From a virus (Duplodnaviria > Heunggongvirae > Uroviricota > Caudoviricetes): a stretch of DNA of 48,556 nt. Where the stretch lies: IMG/VR virus record IMGVR_UViG_2706794697_000013; one strand, given 5' to 3'. Made by a program: the position numbers and the translations under genes. Under the pieces are notes generated by a model. That model ran no database searches, was not told the origin of the DNA, and saw only the letters and a program-made list of their open reading frames with translations. Numbering within the stretch: position 1 is the stretch's first letter; the number at the start of each line of letters is the position of its first letter. Below are positions 30,961 to 40,060 of the stretch, piece after piece.

Positions 30961-30987
30961 CAAAAAGAACCGCCTAAACAGGCGGTT
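30961..30987 (-). terminator. Rho-independent terminator in the Q-to-lysis intergenic region
   Basis: Minus strand AACCGCC-uguuua-GGCGGUU followed by CUUUUUGGG. Confidence 0.5.
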
Positions 30988-31307
30988 GGTCAATACAAAG
31001 GATGCTTCGTCTTTATTATAGTAATCTGAGGCGTCGGGTGTCTTGTATCAGACAACATATTGTCCCGCTAAACAGCGAATTACAAACCACCCTGCAATGA
31101 TCTCTCATCTCATTTTATATGAGTTGACGACATCAGGATAACGCATCATCAGCCCCTGCCAAGAAATATCAAAACTCCCGCCAGCAATGTGTTATCACAA
31201 TATTGTAAAAAAAACACAGCACCGAAACTATAACTGGTCTCTGTTATAATTTGGAGCAGAAAGACCAGTTGCCCAACTAGCAGCATTCTCCCCTGCTTTC
31301 CTGACGT

Positions 31308-31334
31308 AAAAAAACCGCATTAAGCGGTTTTTTT
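31308..31334. terminator. Bidirectional hairpin terminator downstream of Q (candidate tR')
   Basis: AAAAAAACCGC-ATTAA-GCGGTTTTTTT, symmetric A-run and T-run flanks, about 80 bp past the Q stop. Confidence 0.6.
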
Positions 31335-31414
31335 ACGATGTCCATGTCTGCAATCCGCCTCGCGATACAGCTTTGCGAAGCATAGCAAAATTGAAGCAGT
31401 TTATACGTAAGAAA

Positions 31415-31957
31415 TCAAGCCATTTTCTCAGCAAATGATTCACGCATGGGAATATATAGGGCATACTCAGCAACAGCTAACCAATTAGCAATCCGTTTTT
31501 CGCATGTGCTAAAACACCACTCTGGGTGTGCATCATTTAGCAATTCAGCCATTTTGCGCTTAGTCATCCCCCGCCCTTCATAGCGTTGCCGGAGAATGCA
31601 AATCAATCCTGGATGCTCTGCCAGCACCTCACTTATGACTCGATCAATACATAACGCCTCTGCATCAGTACAATGCGCCAGCCAGCTCTTTTGCTTGCCG
31701 TTGATCATCTCTCGCAAAAACGCTTCCAGCTCAGCTTTCTCTATTCCCGCTTTTTTCATTCTGCGCAGGGCTTCATTAATGGCTGTTTTCGTCAGTTTTT
31801 TGGATGCCAACAACTGATTGAACATATTCCCTGACCTGCCACCGCCAATATACGACCAGCGCCCCCACATACGTAGTTTTCCCTGAATCCAGACACTTTC
31901 CAGCGTGGTGAGGCGAAGGTGTTCTCCGCTTTTTCCTGTATTCGTTGGGTAAATCAT
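31415..31957 (-). CDS. Late gene antiterminator (Q-like)
   Basis: 180 aa ORF directly upstream of the late region, after nin-type genes; family call is by position and general resemblance. Confidence 0.5.
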   Translation of the reverse strand: MIYPTNTGKSGEHLRLTTLESVWIQGKLRMWGRWSYIGGGRSGNMFNQLLASKKLTKTAINEALRRMKKAGIEKAELEAFLREMINGKQKSWLAHCTDAEALCIDRVISEVLAEHPGLICILRQRYEGRGMTKRKMAELLNDAHPEWCFSTCEKRIANWLAVAEYALYIPMRESFAEKMA

Positions 31958-32244
31958 AAATGACCTTTCTTTCTCCAGATTTCTTGTGTGCGAAAAACCC
32001 CTTCAGCATGCATCAGGCGCAATTCTTCTTTGGTGTAATCGCTGGTTTTTACCCGCCCGTCGATTAGATCGTGGCATGAGCTACAGGCTATCGCCGCCTG
32101 CATATCATGTGGTTTTGTCGCTGTTCCGCACGTCCCCGCCAGCCTGTAATGCGCCAGCACAGAGGTTTCGGGATTGTGATTGCAGTAGCCAGGGATTCTG
32201 ATCTGGCACATCTGGCCTTTAGCCGCTTTACGTAAATTCACCAT
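31954..32244 (-). CDS. YbcO-like (DUF1364) Cys-rich putative nuclease
   Basis: 96 aa with ..LRKAAKGQMCQIRIPGYCNHNPETSVLAHYRL..CGT..KP..IACSSCHDLIDGR.. resembling DLP12 YbcO as recalled. Confidence 0.6.
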   Translation of the reverse strand: MVNLRKAAKGQMCQIRIPGYCNHNPETSVLAHYRLAGTCGTATKPHDMQAAIACSSCHDLIDGRVKTSDYTKEELRLMHAEGVFRTQEIWRKKGHL

Positions 32245-32954
32245 TACGCAAACTCCAGTAGTTGTGCGGCCACATTTTCAACTTCCTCCTGAGAGGAGAA
32301 TTTACGGAACAGAATCCAGTTCCACAGCACATTCAGTACAGATTTATAAACCTGCTGAAACTCGACTTCGTCCATATTCGCAAAAGCGATGGATTTTGCC
32401 CGACGCCCACGGCTACCGTCCGGATAAATATGCTCGGTGTAAAATCCGGCCTGAATGGTTACCCACTCGCGGAAAGCCTCAAACGACTTTAGCAACGCCG
32501 TATCCCGGGTTCTACGAGTCGCAACGGTGTTAAGGTATTGCTCTGCGGCATCACTCAGGGCTGGCGTGTGTTCCCGACCAACTGATTCGCACAGGTAATC
32601 AACGAAACCAGACAGCAGTTCTCGTTCGCGAGGCGTGATCGCCCCACCGACCGGAGTCCAGTAATCGAATCCCAGTTGCNNNNNNNNNNNNNNNNNNNNN
32701 NNNNNNNNNNNNNNNNNNNNNNNNNNNNNNNNNNNNNNNNNNNNNNNNNNNNNNNNNNNNNNNNNNNNNNNNNNNNNNNNNNNNNNNNNNNNNNNNNNNN
32801 NNNNNNNNNNNNNNNNNNNNNNNNNNNNNNNNNNNNNNNNNNNNNNNNNNNNNNNNNNNNNNNNNNNNNNNNNNNNNNNNNNNNNNNNNNNNNNNNNNNN
32901 NNNNNNNNNNNNNNNNNNNNNNNNNNGGTGTAAAGCCCCACATAGCATGAACAA
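32244..32954 (-). CDS. Nin-region protein (DUF1367-like), N-terminal part masked by N-run 32680-32926
   Basis: Unmasked C-terminal ~145 aa in frame with the masked stretch; lies between replication genes and ybcO-like gene. Confidence 0.4.
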   Translation of the reverse strand: MFMLCGALHXXXXXXXXXXXXXXXXXXXXXXXXXXXXXXXXXXXXXXXXXXXXXXXXXXXXXXXXXXXXXXXXXXXXXXXXXXXXXXXXXXXQLGFDYWTPVGGAITPRERELLSGFVDYLCESVGREHTPALSDAAEQYLNTVATRRTRDTALLKSFEAFREWVTIQAGFYTEHIYPDGSRGRRAKSIAFANMDEVEFQQVYKSVLNVLWNWILFRKFSSQEEVENVAAQLLEFA

Positions 32955-33128
32955 ACACTACATATCAAATAGCTGGTACAAGGATAGAAATACGACACTT
33001 ATTATTAAAAACGATTAGATAAATTACATTTTAATGTTATGCAAAAGTTCTTTTTTATCATAACATTTCAATAAAAGCATTACAGATGCAATCATCCCGT
33101 CATCATCAATTATTTAAGGTGGTTAAAC

Positions 33129-33215
33129 ATGGAAAATAACAAGTTCGCACATCTCGCTCCTTTTTTATCCGTAATCCTTTTCGCTTGTTGTTTTATATGG
33201 GCATTATTTTTATAA
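33129..33215 (+). CDS. Small hydrophobic peptide (28 aa, candidate membrane peptide)
   Basis: AAGGTGG RBS 6 nt upstream of ATG; MENNKFAHLAPFLSVILFACCFIWALFL then TAA; sits in an AT-rich non-coding stretch. Confidence 0.3.
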   Translation: MENNKFAHLAPFLSVILFACCFIWALFL

Positions 33216-33606
33216 AGTAGCCACATGATAAGTTGCTGGAATCATATTTCCCACTCAAGTCATTAACATTTGATAAGATATATCTAAAAGGACGCCTTTA
33301 CATTATTTATGCGTATATAATTTATTTATATACACAGTAAAGGTATCCTGGGAAAATATTTATCGTTAAAAAATACATCATAAATAATTAAGCTGAAATT
33401 TCAGAACACAACTAATACACACAATAAGGTTCAGTAACAGTAATCTATGTGGACTACATCGAGATTTTTTGATTAAACTTTAATAACTTATTCCTAACAC
33501 ACAGAATGCATAAACTAAAAGTAAAACAAATAGTTATACGAAAAACAACCATATTTATTCTATCTTCTCCTCTAATCAACATATCAATTATGTGTTTCAT
33601 AACAGC

Positions 33607-33646
33607 TTGACATAACCCTCCAAAAGATGCATTTTTAATGCATGTT
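33607..33646 (+). promoter_or_regulatory. Candidate promoter with NsrR-type operator upstream of the yeaR-like gene
   Basis: TTGACA at 33607-33612; AAGATGCATTT-t-TAATGCATGTT at 33624-33646 matches the 11-1-11 NsrR inverted-repeat consensus (AAGATGCATTT n AAATGCATCTT) at 20 of 22 positions. Confidence 0.55.
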
Positions 33647-33661
33647 TTGGAGGAGGTGGTT

Positions 33662-34000
33662 ATGACACACAAGAGAATTCCTAAAGATTGGGTAATCAAA
33701 CGCTCAACTCCGTTCTTCACAAAAGAGAACGTACCTTCAGCGTTATTAACACATCATAATACAGCAGCAGGTGTTTTTGGGCAGTTGTGCGTAATGGAAG
33801 GCACTGTAACATATTATGGTTTTACTGATGAGAATGCTACTGAACCGGAGATAAAAGTAGTCATTAATGCTGGCGCTTTTGCAACAAGCCCACCACAATA
33901 CTGGCACCGTGTTGAACTAAGCGATGATGCTCAGTTTAATATTAACTTTTGGGTCGCTCCAGACTTTTCGGGCGAAAAAGTCTATAGCACCAAAAAATAG
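33662..34000 (+). CDS. YeaR-like DUF1971 protein
   Basis: GGAGGAGG RBS before ATG at 33662; ..RSTPFF..GV..L.VM.G.V.Y.G..DE...EP...VI.AG.FA..PP..WH..D..FNI.F.VAP.. follows K-12 YeaR as recalled. Confidence 0.65.
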   Translation: MTHKRIPKDWVIKRSTPFFTKENVPSALLTHHNTAAGVFGQLCVMEGTVTYYGFTDENATEPEIKVVINAGAFATSPPQYWHRVELSDDAQFNINFWVAPDFSGEKVYSTKK

Positions 34001-34029
34001 ATGATCATATTAAAAATGCTTTAACAGTC

Positions 34030-34067
34030 AGACCCGGCAGGGCTATCCCCGACGGGTCTCATTTTTG
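34030..34067 (+). terminator. Rho-independent terminator after the yeaR-like gene
   Basis: AGACCCG..CGGGTCT inverted repeat followed by CATTTTTG, 30 bp after the stop. Confidence 0.55.
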
Positions 34068-34620
34068 TAAATATATTGGTTCTACATTGACAGGAGACTT
34101 CAACCATAAGAAGTAATCTGAATACTTGAGCAATAAATTTACTTAAGATTAATGAGCGCACCTTGCCGGACAAAGATAAACCAAGGTAACACCTTTTTTC
34201 TAGCCAGTATGTAATCAATCAGAAAGCCGCTCCATAAGAACAACAGCAAGACAATAAATTGCCATTACAGCCGCAATAGCCAGCGCACATTTGAGAACCA
34301 GCACGACAACCCCCTGTATTAGACGCACACCAGTCCTGATAAATATGAGGCTGTCTCGTCAGTGATTCAATACAACTATTGGGTATAGTTTCTGTGATTT
34401 TATTCTGTAGAAATGGAACACAACAACCAGTCACCACCAGCACTTCCTTAAATGCTCTAAGTCAGAAACAAGCCAACATTTTAGTCCGCTTTGAGCGATC
34501 TGCAGACATTGCTAGCAGCCTTCTGTGTGAATTCTCAGGGAGCAGGTCGGCATAGCATCACGTTGAGGCTCTTACCCTACTTGTTCACACCAACCCTAAC
34601 TCCACAGACTGATTCATAAA

Positions 34621-35622
34621 TTAGTAATCTGCGTGTTTCGCACTTTTCAGAAATGCTTTCATATTTTCATTAGGTCGCTCAATTTCGAAGTTACTTCCAT
34701 ATAACTCTTGTAATTTTGGCCATAACTTACTTAATAACCCTCTCCTGCGATAAAATGGATGTATCCAAACGGTAGATAGGTACGGAGAATTTGCATTTGA
34801 ATTGTTTATTGTGACCAGCCCAACTAAACATTGTCGATAACCACTATTATCCATTGATTGTATTTCTTCGACGAATGGATACGCGATTACATCAGTCCAA
34901 CCATGATCGGTTGTATCCCATTGCATTCCGTCATGACATTCCTTCGACTGATAGCGGCGTAAAGCTACACACGCGAGCTTTTGCCAATCTGGAGAATTAA
35001 TTGTGATCTCTTCATCGTATGACGCGCCTATTGGAGCGGGTATTGGTCTGATTAATCCAGCATGGCATTCATCATAGAACTTCATGTTTCCCTCAGAAAC
35101 GTTGTGTACGTTGGGTTGCTCCATGTGTGCGCCATTCAAAAATAGCTCTGATAGTAGTGTATCTACACTGTAATCTTTATTGATTATTGTCGGCTTAGAG
35201 TTTTTCTTATTAAGGCCGCGAGTAACGATTTTTTGATCAATGTTAACAACATGGAATAATCCGTCGGGGAGGCTAGCGAACCACGATGGGGCATCGGACC
35301 AGAATAGCATGCCTTTTGTACTTCTTAAGAGTTTAATTAAGTTAATACAAGCTTCTTCACTAGTCTTGCCGTTGATGCGAAGTATGTTAGGACTAAAGTA
35401 ATATTCATCCATATCAGGGAATGCAGCTTCGCAAAACTCCTGTACATAATTTAGCACCTGGATTCTACAGAGATCATCATAGCTGGTAATAACTAAGGGG
35501 GTATCTTCATTACTATTATGATTATCAATAATGCAATCTATAGCGAGACTTACTGCTTTGCGTATCACTTCAGTTGAATCTAACGACTCTAAAAATTTTG
35601 TCTTTCGTGTGCGAATATCCAT
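34621..35622 (-). CDS. Hypothetical protein B (333 aa) with GNAT-like C-terminal motif; second gene of AT-rich cassette
   Basis: ATG at 35622, 15 nt after protein A stop; C-terminal ..LSTVWIHPFYRRRGLLSKLWPKLQELYG.. resembles GNAT motif A; AT-rich. Confidence 0.6.
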   Translation of the reverse strand: MDIRTRKTKFLESLDSTEVIRKAVSLAIDCIIDNHNSNEDTPLVITSYDDLCRIQVLNYVQEFCEAAFPDMDEYYFSPNILRINGKTSEEACINLIKLLRSTKGMLFWSDAPSWFASLPDGLFHVVNIDQKIVTRGLNKKNSKPTIINKDYSVDTLLSELFLNGAHMEQPNVHNVSEGNMKFYDECHAGLIRPIPAPIGASYDEEITINSPDWQKLACVALRRYQSKECHDGMQWDTTDHGWTDVIAYPFVEEIQSMDNSGYRQCLVGLVTINNSNANSPYLSTVWIHPFYRRRGLLSKLWPKLQELYGSNFEIERPNENMKAFLKSAKHADY

Positions 35623-35637
35623 GTATGACCTGCGCTA

Positions 35638-36660
35638 TTAAAATTCATGAATGAACGGTTTGTCATCTGGTTGCAAAATGGTGGTTTTATTCGTTGCTAC
35701 ATTTAAACTGTTGTAGAGCATAATTGCCAGGTTCGATGCATTTTCAATCAGCGTTTCAAGATCCTGGTCTGTAATCACTACGAGGTTCCCTTCTTTATCC
35801 TTTCCACCACGATGCACTAAGTGATTTCGATTGAGGGTTGCCAATTCAATAGCTTCTATCGGACAGTCTTTTTGTACTTTTATATCGAATGTAGCTTCAT
35901 AGCGGTCGATTACCTTTTTAGTGCTATGCCAGCTTGCACTGATCAAGTGTTCCTTGATTGACCTGATTAGCTCTCCCCTAATTTTCTCGATGGGTTCACC
36001 CTTGAAAGGCAACGCAGCAATATCTTTGCTTACTTTAAATTCAGTCTTACCTTTTTCTATACAATTGGCTATGTAGACATCATCTTTCTCTATAGAATTA
36101 ATGAATAGCTCAACATAAAGCGTTTCCAAAGCTGTAATAACATTCGTGTAGAGCAAACTAAGCAAGTGGTTTTTTTGCTGTTGTTCAGTTTTATCTTTTG
36201 CAAGTTTTTTTATTTTATCGATATTATCAATGAATTTTAAATACGGATTACCGGAAGACGTTACAGCGTCGTAGATATCATCATCGTACCAATCATCTAT
36301 ATTATTTGAGTTTCCAGACCAGTCAAAACATTGTGTTTGTAATTCATCTACTAATTCCTCAATATACTCAGATTTAACATATTGACCGAAGATGGATTGT
36401 AGTTCTTCGCTCGCATCATACGGCCCGCCATATATGTAAGCATAGCCACCTTCTCTACTTTCATACGGACAAGCATTTGCCGGATCTTCAAAGTTTTCAA
36501 AGAACCAGTTTTTCATTACTTCGAGTTGATCTTTTTTGCTTATGTATTTTAAAGATTTTAGTGGAACTTTCTTTCCATTAACCTCGAAAACAATTTTCAC
36601 GATGTAACGCTCCCTTGTATCAATTGCGCAACTATTATACCACAGCGAAATACAGGGCAT
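35638..36660 (-). CDS. Hypothetical protein A (340 aa) with C-terminal HEPN-type Rx4H motif; first gene of AT-rich cassette
   Basis: GGAGG RBS 6 nt upstream of ATG at 36660 (ORF track extends 23 codons further); C-terminal ..ELATLNRNHLVHRGG.. fits R-x4-H; about 36 percent GC by hand count. Confidence 0.6.
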   Translation of the reverse strand: MPCISLWYNSCAIDTRERYIVKIVFEVNGKKVPLKSLKYISKKDQLEVMKNWFFENFEDPANACPYESREGGYAYIYGGPYDASEELQSIFGQYVKSEYIEELVDELQTQCFDWSGNSNNIDDWYDDDIYDAVTSSGNPYLKFIDNIDKIKKLAKDKTEQQQKNHLLSLLYTNVITALETLYVELFINSIEKDDVYIANCIEKGKTEFKVSKDIAALPFKGEPIEKIRGELIRSIKEHLISASWHSTKKVIDRYEATFDIKVQKDCPIEAIELATLNRNHLVHRGGKDKEGNLVVITDQDLETLIENASNLAIMLYNSLNVATNKTTILQPDDKPFIHEF

Positions 36661-36798
36661 AACCTGCCTCCTTAAACTAACATACCATGAGCCAGCAATG
36701 TCCGCTATTGGCACAAAGCGGACAACCACGCTAGCTCTCCCCTGTGCCAGAAAAATGTCAATTTACATATGAACTAATGCTCTTTGATCTAGTAACGT

Positions 36799-37215
36799 CT
36801 ATAAATACCGAAGATTTCCTTGATAAAATGCCAGTACACGTTTCATAACTTCACTCTTCCGGCACTCGCGACAGATTATGTTCTGACGCCTGTCATAGCG
36901 GCGTATTTCTCCGTCTGGTAATGACCAGATAAGGTCAGGATCAACCACAACCGTTTTTTTCACCTTTGCCCTGGATAGTTTTTTGCGGGCGTTTTTCCAA
37001 TCCTTACGAGCCTGTTCAGACGGGAATAACCCATAGCCAGAGTTGTATACATCGCCACTGGCAACCAACTCTCTGGCAAGAATGCTCATCAGATATCTTG
37101 TCGCACCTGTCTTGGCCTCCAGTTGCCTTAACGTCTCGCGCCCACTCTGGCGTACCAACTCAACAACCTGCTCCTTAATTTTTTCACGCTCTTCCTGTGT
37201 AAAAACTTTTGCCAT
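36799..37215 (-). CDS. Hypothetical protein (138 aa)
   Basis: ATG at 37215 directly after the upstream stop; basic C-terminal half with CRECRK; family not recognised. Confidence 0.45.
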   Translation of the reverse strand: MAKVFTQEEREKIKEQVVELVRQSGRETLRQLEAKTGATRYLMSILARELVASGDVYNSGYGLFPSEQARKDWKNARKKLSRAKVKKTVVVDPDLIWSLPDGEIRRYDRRQNIICRECRKSEVMKRVLAFYQGNLRYL

Positions 37216-37230
37216 AAGCGCCTCCGGCAA

Positions 37231-37992
37231 TCACTTTTCCGACACAATACGACTGGAGGAATCGACAATCTGTCGGACAATATCCCGGTGCTTGTTCAGC
37301 TCCCGCAGCGCGGCGCAGACTCGCTCCCACTTCTGGACATGATTTTTCGCCCGACGCAGTTCGCGGTTTGCCATATGCAGCGATGGTAAAACTAGGTCAT
37401 CCGCTTGCGTTTCAGTAAACGATGGCAGCGACTGCACAATGTCCGCCACAGTTTCTGTTTTAATATCTTCCTGTGTTGCCGCTTCCTGTACTGGTAACGC
37501 AACACCGGCTGGCTGAGGAAAGGCTTTACCATCAGTTTCCGCTACCGATGCAGCTTTCGGCTCTGCTGGTAAATTATCGCCCGGCATGCAGTAACGAAAT
37601 TTACTGTTCTGGTTTACGCGAATCAGGCGTCCTTTGCTGATTGCCATTGCCAGCGTTGAAGCAACTTTGCGGGATGTTGTACCGAACAGCGTAGCCAGTT
37701 CATCCGCCGTTTGTGGTCCGCGTTGTTCAATCGTCGCGGTTAAATCGCACTCTGAGATTTTCACTACAGTTGCCGTGGTGGTTTCTTCCGGCAGTTCTGC
37801 CTGCATTGGCTGTTCCTGCTGAACGTTGTTATCAGCCACACGCCAGGTGTACGCGCTTTTATCAACGAAACCAGCTTTTTTCAGTTCCCATAGTTCGTTC
37901 AGCACTTCTTCACGACTGATATCAAGTCGCGCAGCAAGTTCTATGGATGTGGCTTTTCCCATTGCTTTCAGTGCGTCAAAAACAGTCTCCAT
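37231..37992 (-). CDS. Hypothetical protein with two winged-helix-like segments (253 aa)
   Basis: GGGAGG RBS before ATG at 37992; ..[26 protein letters not shown].. and ..[31 protein letters not shown]..; follows ydaV. Confidence 0.45.
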   Translation of the reverse strand: METVFDALKAMGKATSIELAARLDISREEVLNELWELKKAGFVDKSAYTWRVADNNVQQEQPMQAELPEETTTATVVKISECDLTATIEQRGPQTADELATLFGTTSRKVASTLAMAISKGRLIRVNQNSKFRYCMPGDNLPAEPKAASVAETDGKAFPQPAGVALPVQEAATQEDIKTETVADIVQSLPSFTETQADDLVLPSLHMANRELRRAKNHVQKWERVCAALRELNKHRDIVRQIVDSSSRIVSEK

Positions 37993-38014
37993 AAAAATTT
38001 CCTCCCGGTAAAAA

Positions 38015-38761
38015 TTACTTCTCAATTCCTGGCTGGACGACATTCGGACGCCAGCTCTCCCAGTTAAAATTCACCCATCGCCCGCCGTTCATGGTCATGC
38101 GATCCATAATCCGCTCGCCGAGCAATGTTTTCATGGCCTCATAGTTCAGGTTTGTCAGCATCCCCACGCTGCGCATCGACGCTGTCCGGCGATCAACAAT
38201 CTGGTGCAGCACCACCTGCTCGTTTTTCGTCTCGCGCTGAATGCCAATTTCATCAAGAACCAGCAGATCCACTTCGCATAGTTCCCGCAAAAATTTTTCG
38301 CCTGACTGCCCATCGTCATAGCTGGCGTGCAGGGCACTCATAACATCAGCCACGGTAACCACAATCACTGTCTGACCGTCTTTCAGCAGGCGATTCCCGA
38401 TAGCTGCCGCTAAGTGGTTCTTCCCGGTACCAGGTTTTCCGCTGAACGCAAAATTTGTACACCCGGTCATCAGTTCATCAGCGATGGATTTCGCCTGACT
38501 CAACGCGTATCGCTGCGCTTCGTTCTGCACCTGGTAATTCGAAAACGAGCATTTGCGGTGCAATGGCTGGATGCCAGAGCGATTCAGAATTTTTTCCACC
38601 CGCAACTGACGATTCTGACGGTTGATCTCCTCACAACGTTTCTGGCCTTCGGAAAGTTGCCACTCGCGCCACTCCGCTACCGTCTTGAATGGCGCGGTTA
38701 CATGTGACGGGGCCAGTCTGCGGATACGTTCAAGAACGTCGCCTGTCGCAATATTTTTCAT
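38015..38761 (-). CDS. ydaV: DnaC/IstB-like replication ATPase
   Basis: 248 aa with Walker [16 protein letters not shown] and Walker B LLVLDEIG; same length as K-12 Rac YdaV. Confidence 0.8.
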   Translation of the reverse strand: MKNIATGDVLERIRRLAPSHVTAPFKTVAEWREWQLSEGQKRCEEINRQNRQLRVEKILNRSGIQPLHRKCSFSNYQVQNEAQRYALSQAKSIADELMTGCTNFAFSGKPGTGKNHLAAAIGNRLLKDGQTVIVVTVADVMSALHASYDDGQSGEKFLRELCEVDLLVLDEIGIQRETKNEQVVLHQIVDRRTASMRSVGMLTNLNYEAMKTLLGERIMDRMTMNGGRWVNFNWESWRPNVVQPGIEK

Positions 38762-38767
38762 GGTCAG

Positions 38768-39625
38768 TTACCCCCTGAAGCCTGGCGGGATCGCACTATC
38801 CGGTAACGAGACGGTGTTAACCTGTCGGAGTAACGTCTCAGGTCGAACACCTTTCGGCGCGAACAAGCCCTGGTATTCATTGGCGATGCTGTGTCGAATC
38901 ACCTGCTCAGGTGAAAAACCCTGCTGGCGGAATTTTTCCAGCTCCCGTATCGCCCCGTTAGCGCCCTGCTCCGTTCGAATCGGTTTTCGCAATGCCTGGC
39001 GAAATTCAACCCACTCACGCCAAAGCGAGACAGAAATCCAGTTCGGCAAAGCAATATCCAGAGGGTCAAACTTTTTGACACCTCGATTCCCCCGGGGGGG
39101 ATTTAGGGGGGGATCTGTTTTTAGATCTTTATCTGTATCTTTATTAGTTGCCTTTGTGTTGACATCATGTTCAAACACCACTTCAACATCTGTTTGAACA
39201 CCTGTTAAATTTCTCTCTTGTTTTGTTTGAACATCTGCTTCCTTTCTGCTTCTTCTGGCCTGAACAGATGCTTTTCCTGCGGCTGATTTTTTGGTTAATT
39301 TTTCCCTGACTGATGCCAGATCTTCCTCAATCCGAAGATGCACCCATTCCTCGCCGTTATCGCAAAAAAACTCCTGCAAGGATGGTTCAACATCAGCCCA
39401 TCGCTCGTTAGTCAGACGGGCAATTTTTGCCAGCCTGTTTTTAGGTATTGGCTTTCCTGTTTGCCAGTAATTGAACATCAGCAACAAATACGCACCATGC
39501 TCCTCTGCTGACAAATGCATGGTGTCAGCCAGGTAATCAGCTATGTACAGTTGCATGTATGGTAATGCGGCCATAATTGCCCCGTATGATGCTGCCCGGT
39601 GGCTTAGAATAAGCACAAACAGCAT
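38768..39625 (-). CDS. ydaU: Replication initiation protein (O-like, DUF1376)
   Basis: 285 aa ORF upstream of the DnaC-like gene, same length as K-12 YdaU. Confidence 0.7.
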   Translation of the reverse strand: MLFVLILSHRAASYGAIMAALPYMQLYIADYLADTMHLSAEEHGAYLLLMFNYWQTGKPIPKNRLAKIARLTNERWADVEPSLQEFFCDNGEEWVHLRIEEDLASVREKLTKKSAAGKASVQARRSRKEADVQTKQERNLTGVQTDVEVVFEHDVNTKATNKDTDKDLKTDPPLNPPRGNRGVKKFDPLDIALPNWISVSLWREWVEFRQALRKPIRTEQGANGAIRELEKFRQQGFSPEQVIRHSIANEYQGLFAPKGVRPETLLRQVNTVSLPDSAIPPGFRG

Positions 39626-39637
39626 GGAAACTTTTGC

Positions 39638-40060
39638 TTAATGAACAATGACAGAATCGTCGGAAGACCCGCCGCCGCTGAAATGCGCTTTCCGGTAAAC
39701 GGCTTGGACTGCATCATCATGCGCATCAATTGCCGTACTTAACGCTTCCTGCGCCGCCAGTAATGCACGGCGTTCCAGGGTATCGAAGATGCAGAGTCGG
39801 TGACGCAGCTCGCGCGGAAGGATTGCCAGAATTGCTGGGATCAGCTTCTGAATTTTTTCTCTTTGCGTTTTCGTTTCACCTTTCAACCAACGGTGATAGA
39901 TATTCTGCTGATTATTCCAGTCCTTGCCTGGTACCAGGGGCAATTCGCCGCCCCCCTGGCGCAGATATTCTTCAGTAATGGCATTGGCTACCCATGCCTG
40001 CCCTTTTTCGGCTGCCAGGGCTAACAACACTGACTCGATGTGCTCATGCTTGATTTTCAT
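39638..40060 (-). CDS. ydaT: CII-like regulator / toxic protein YdaT
   Basis: 140 aa ORF immediately downstream of the cro-like gene; matches Rac gene order and length. Confidence 0.7.
   Translation of the reverse strand: MKIKHEHIESVLLALAAEKGQAWVANAITEEYLRQGGGELPLVPGKDWNNQQNIYHRWLKGETKTQREKIQKLIPAILAILPRELRHRLCIFDTLERRALLAAQEALSTAIDAHDDAVQAVYRKAHFSGGGSSDDSVIVH

Noticed and set aside
30400-31300. Possible tRNA genes or toxin genes between Q and the lysis cassette
   Set aside because: No tRNA-like T-arm or acceptor signatures and no supported ORF; the two ORF-track entries (30781-30993 minus, 30785-31021 plus) are low-complexity and overlap a terminator hairpin.
34219-34443. Cys-rich 74-aa ORF (..CRAGSQMCAGYCGCNGNLLSCCCSYGAAF)
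   Set aside because: GTG start with no properly spaced RBS, downstream of the cassette and antisense to the yeaR-like terminator region; could be a peptide gene but the sequence support is too weak to call.
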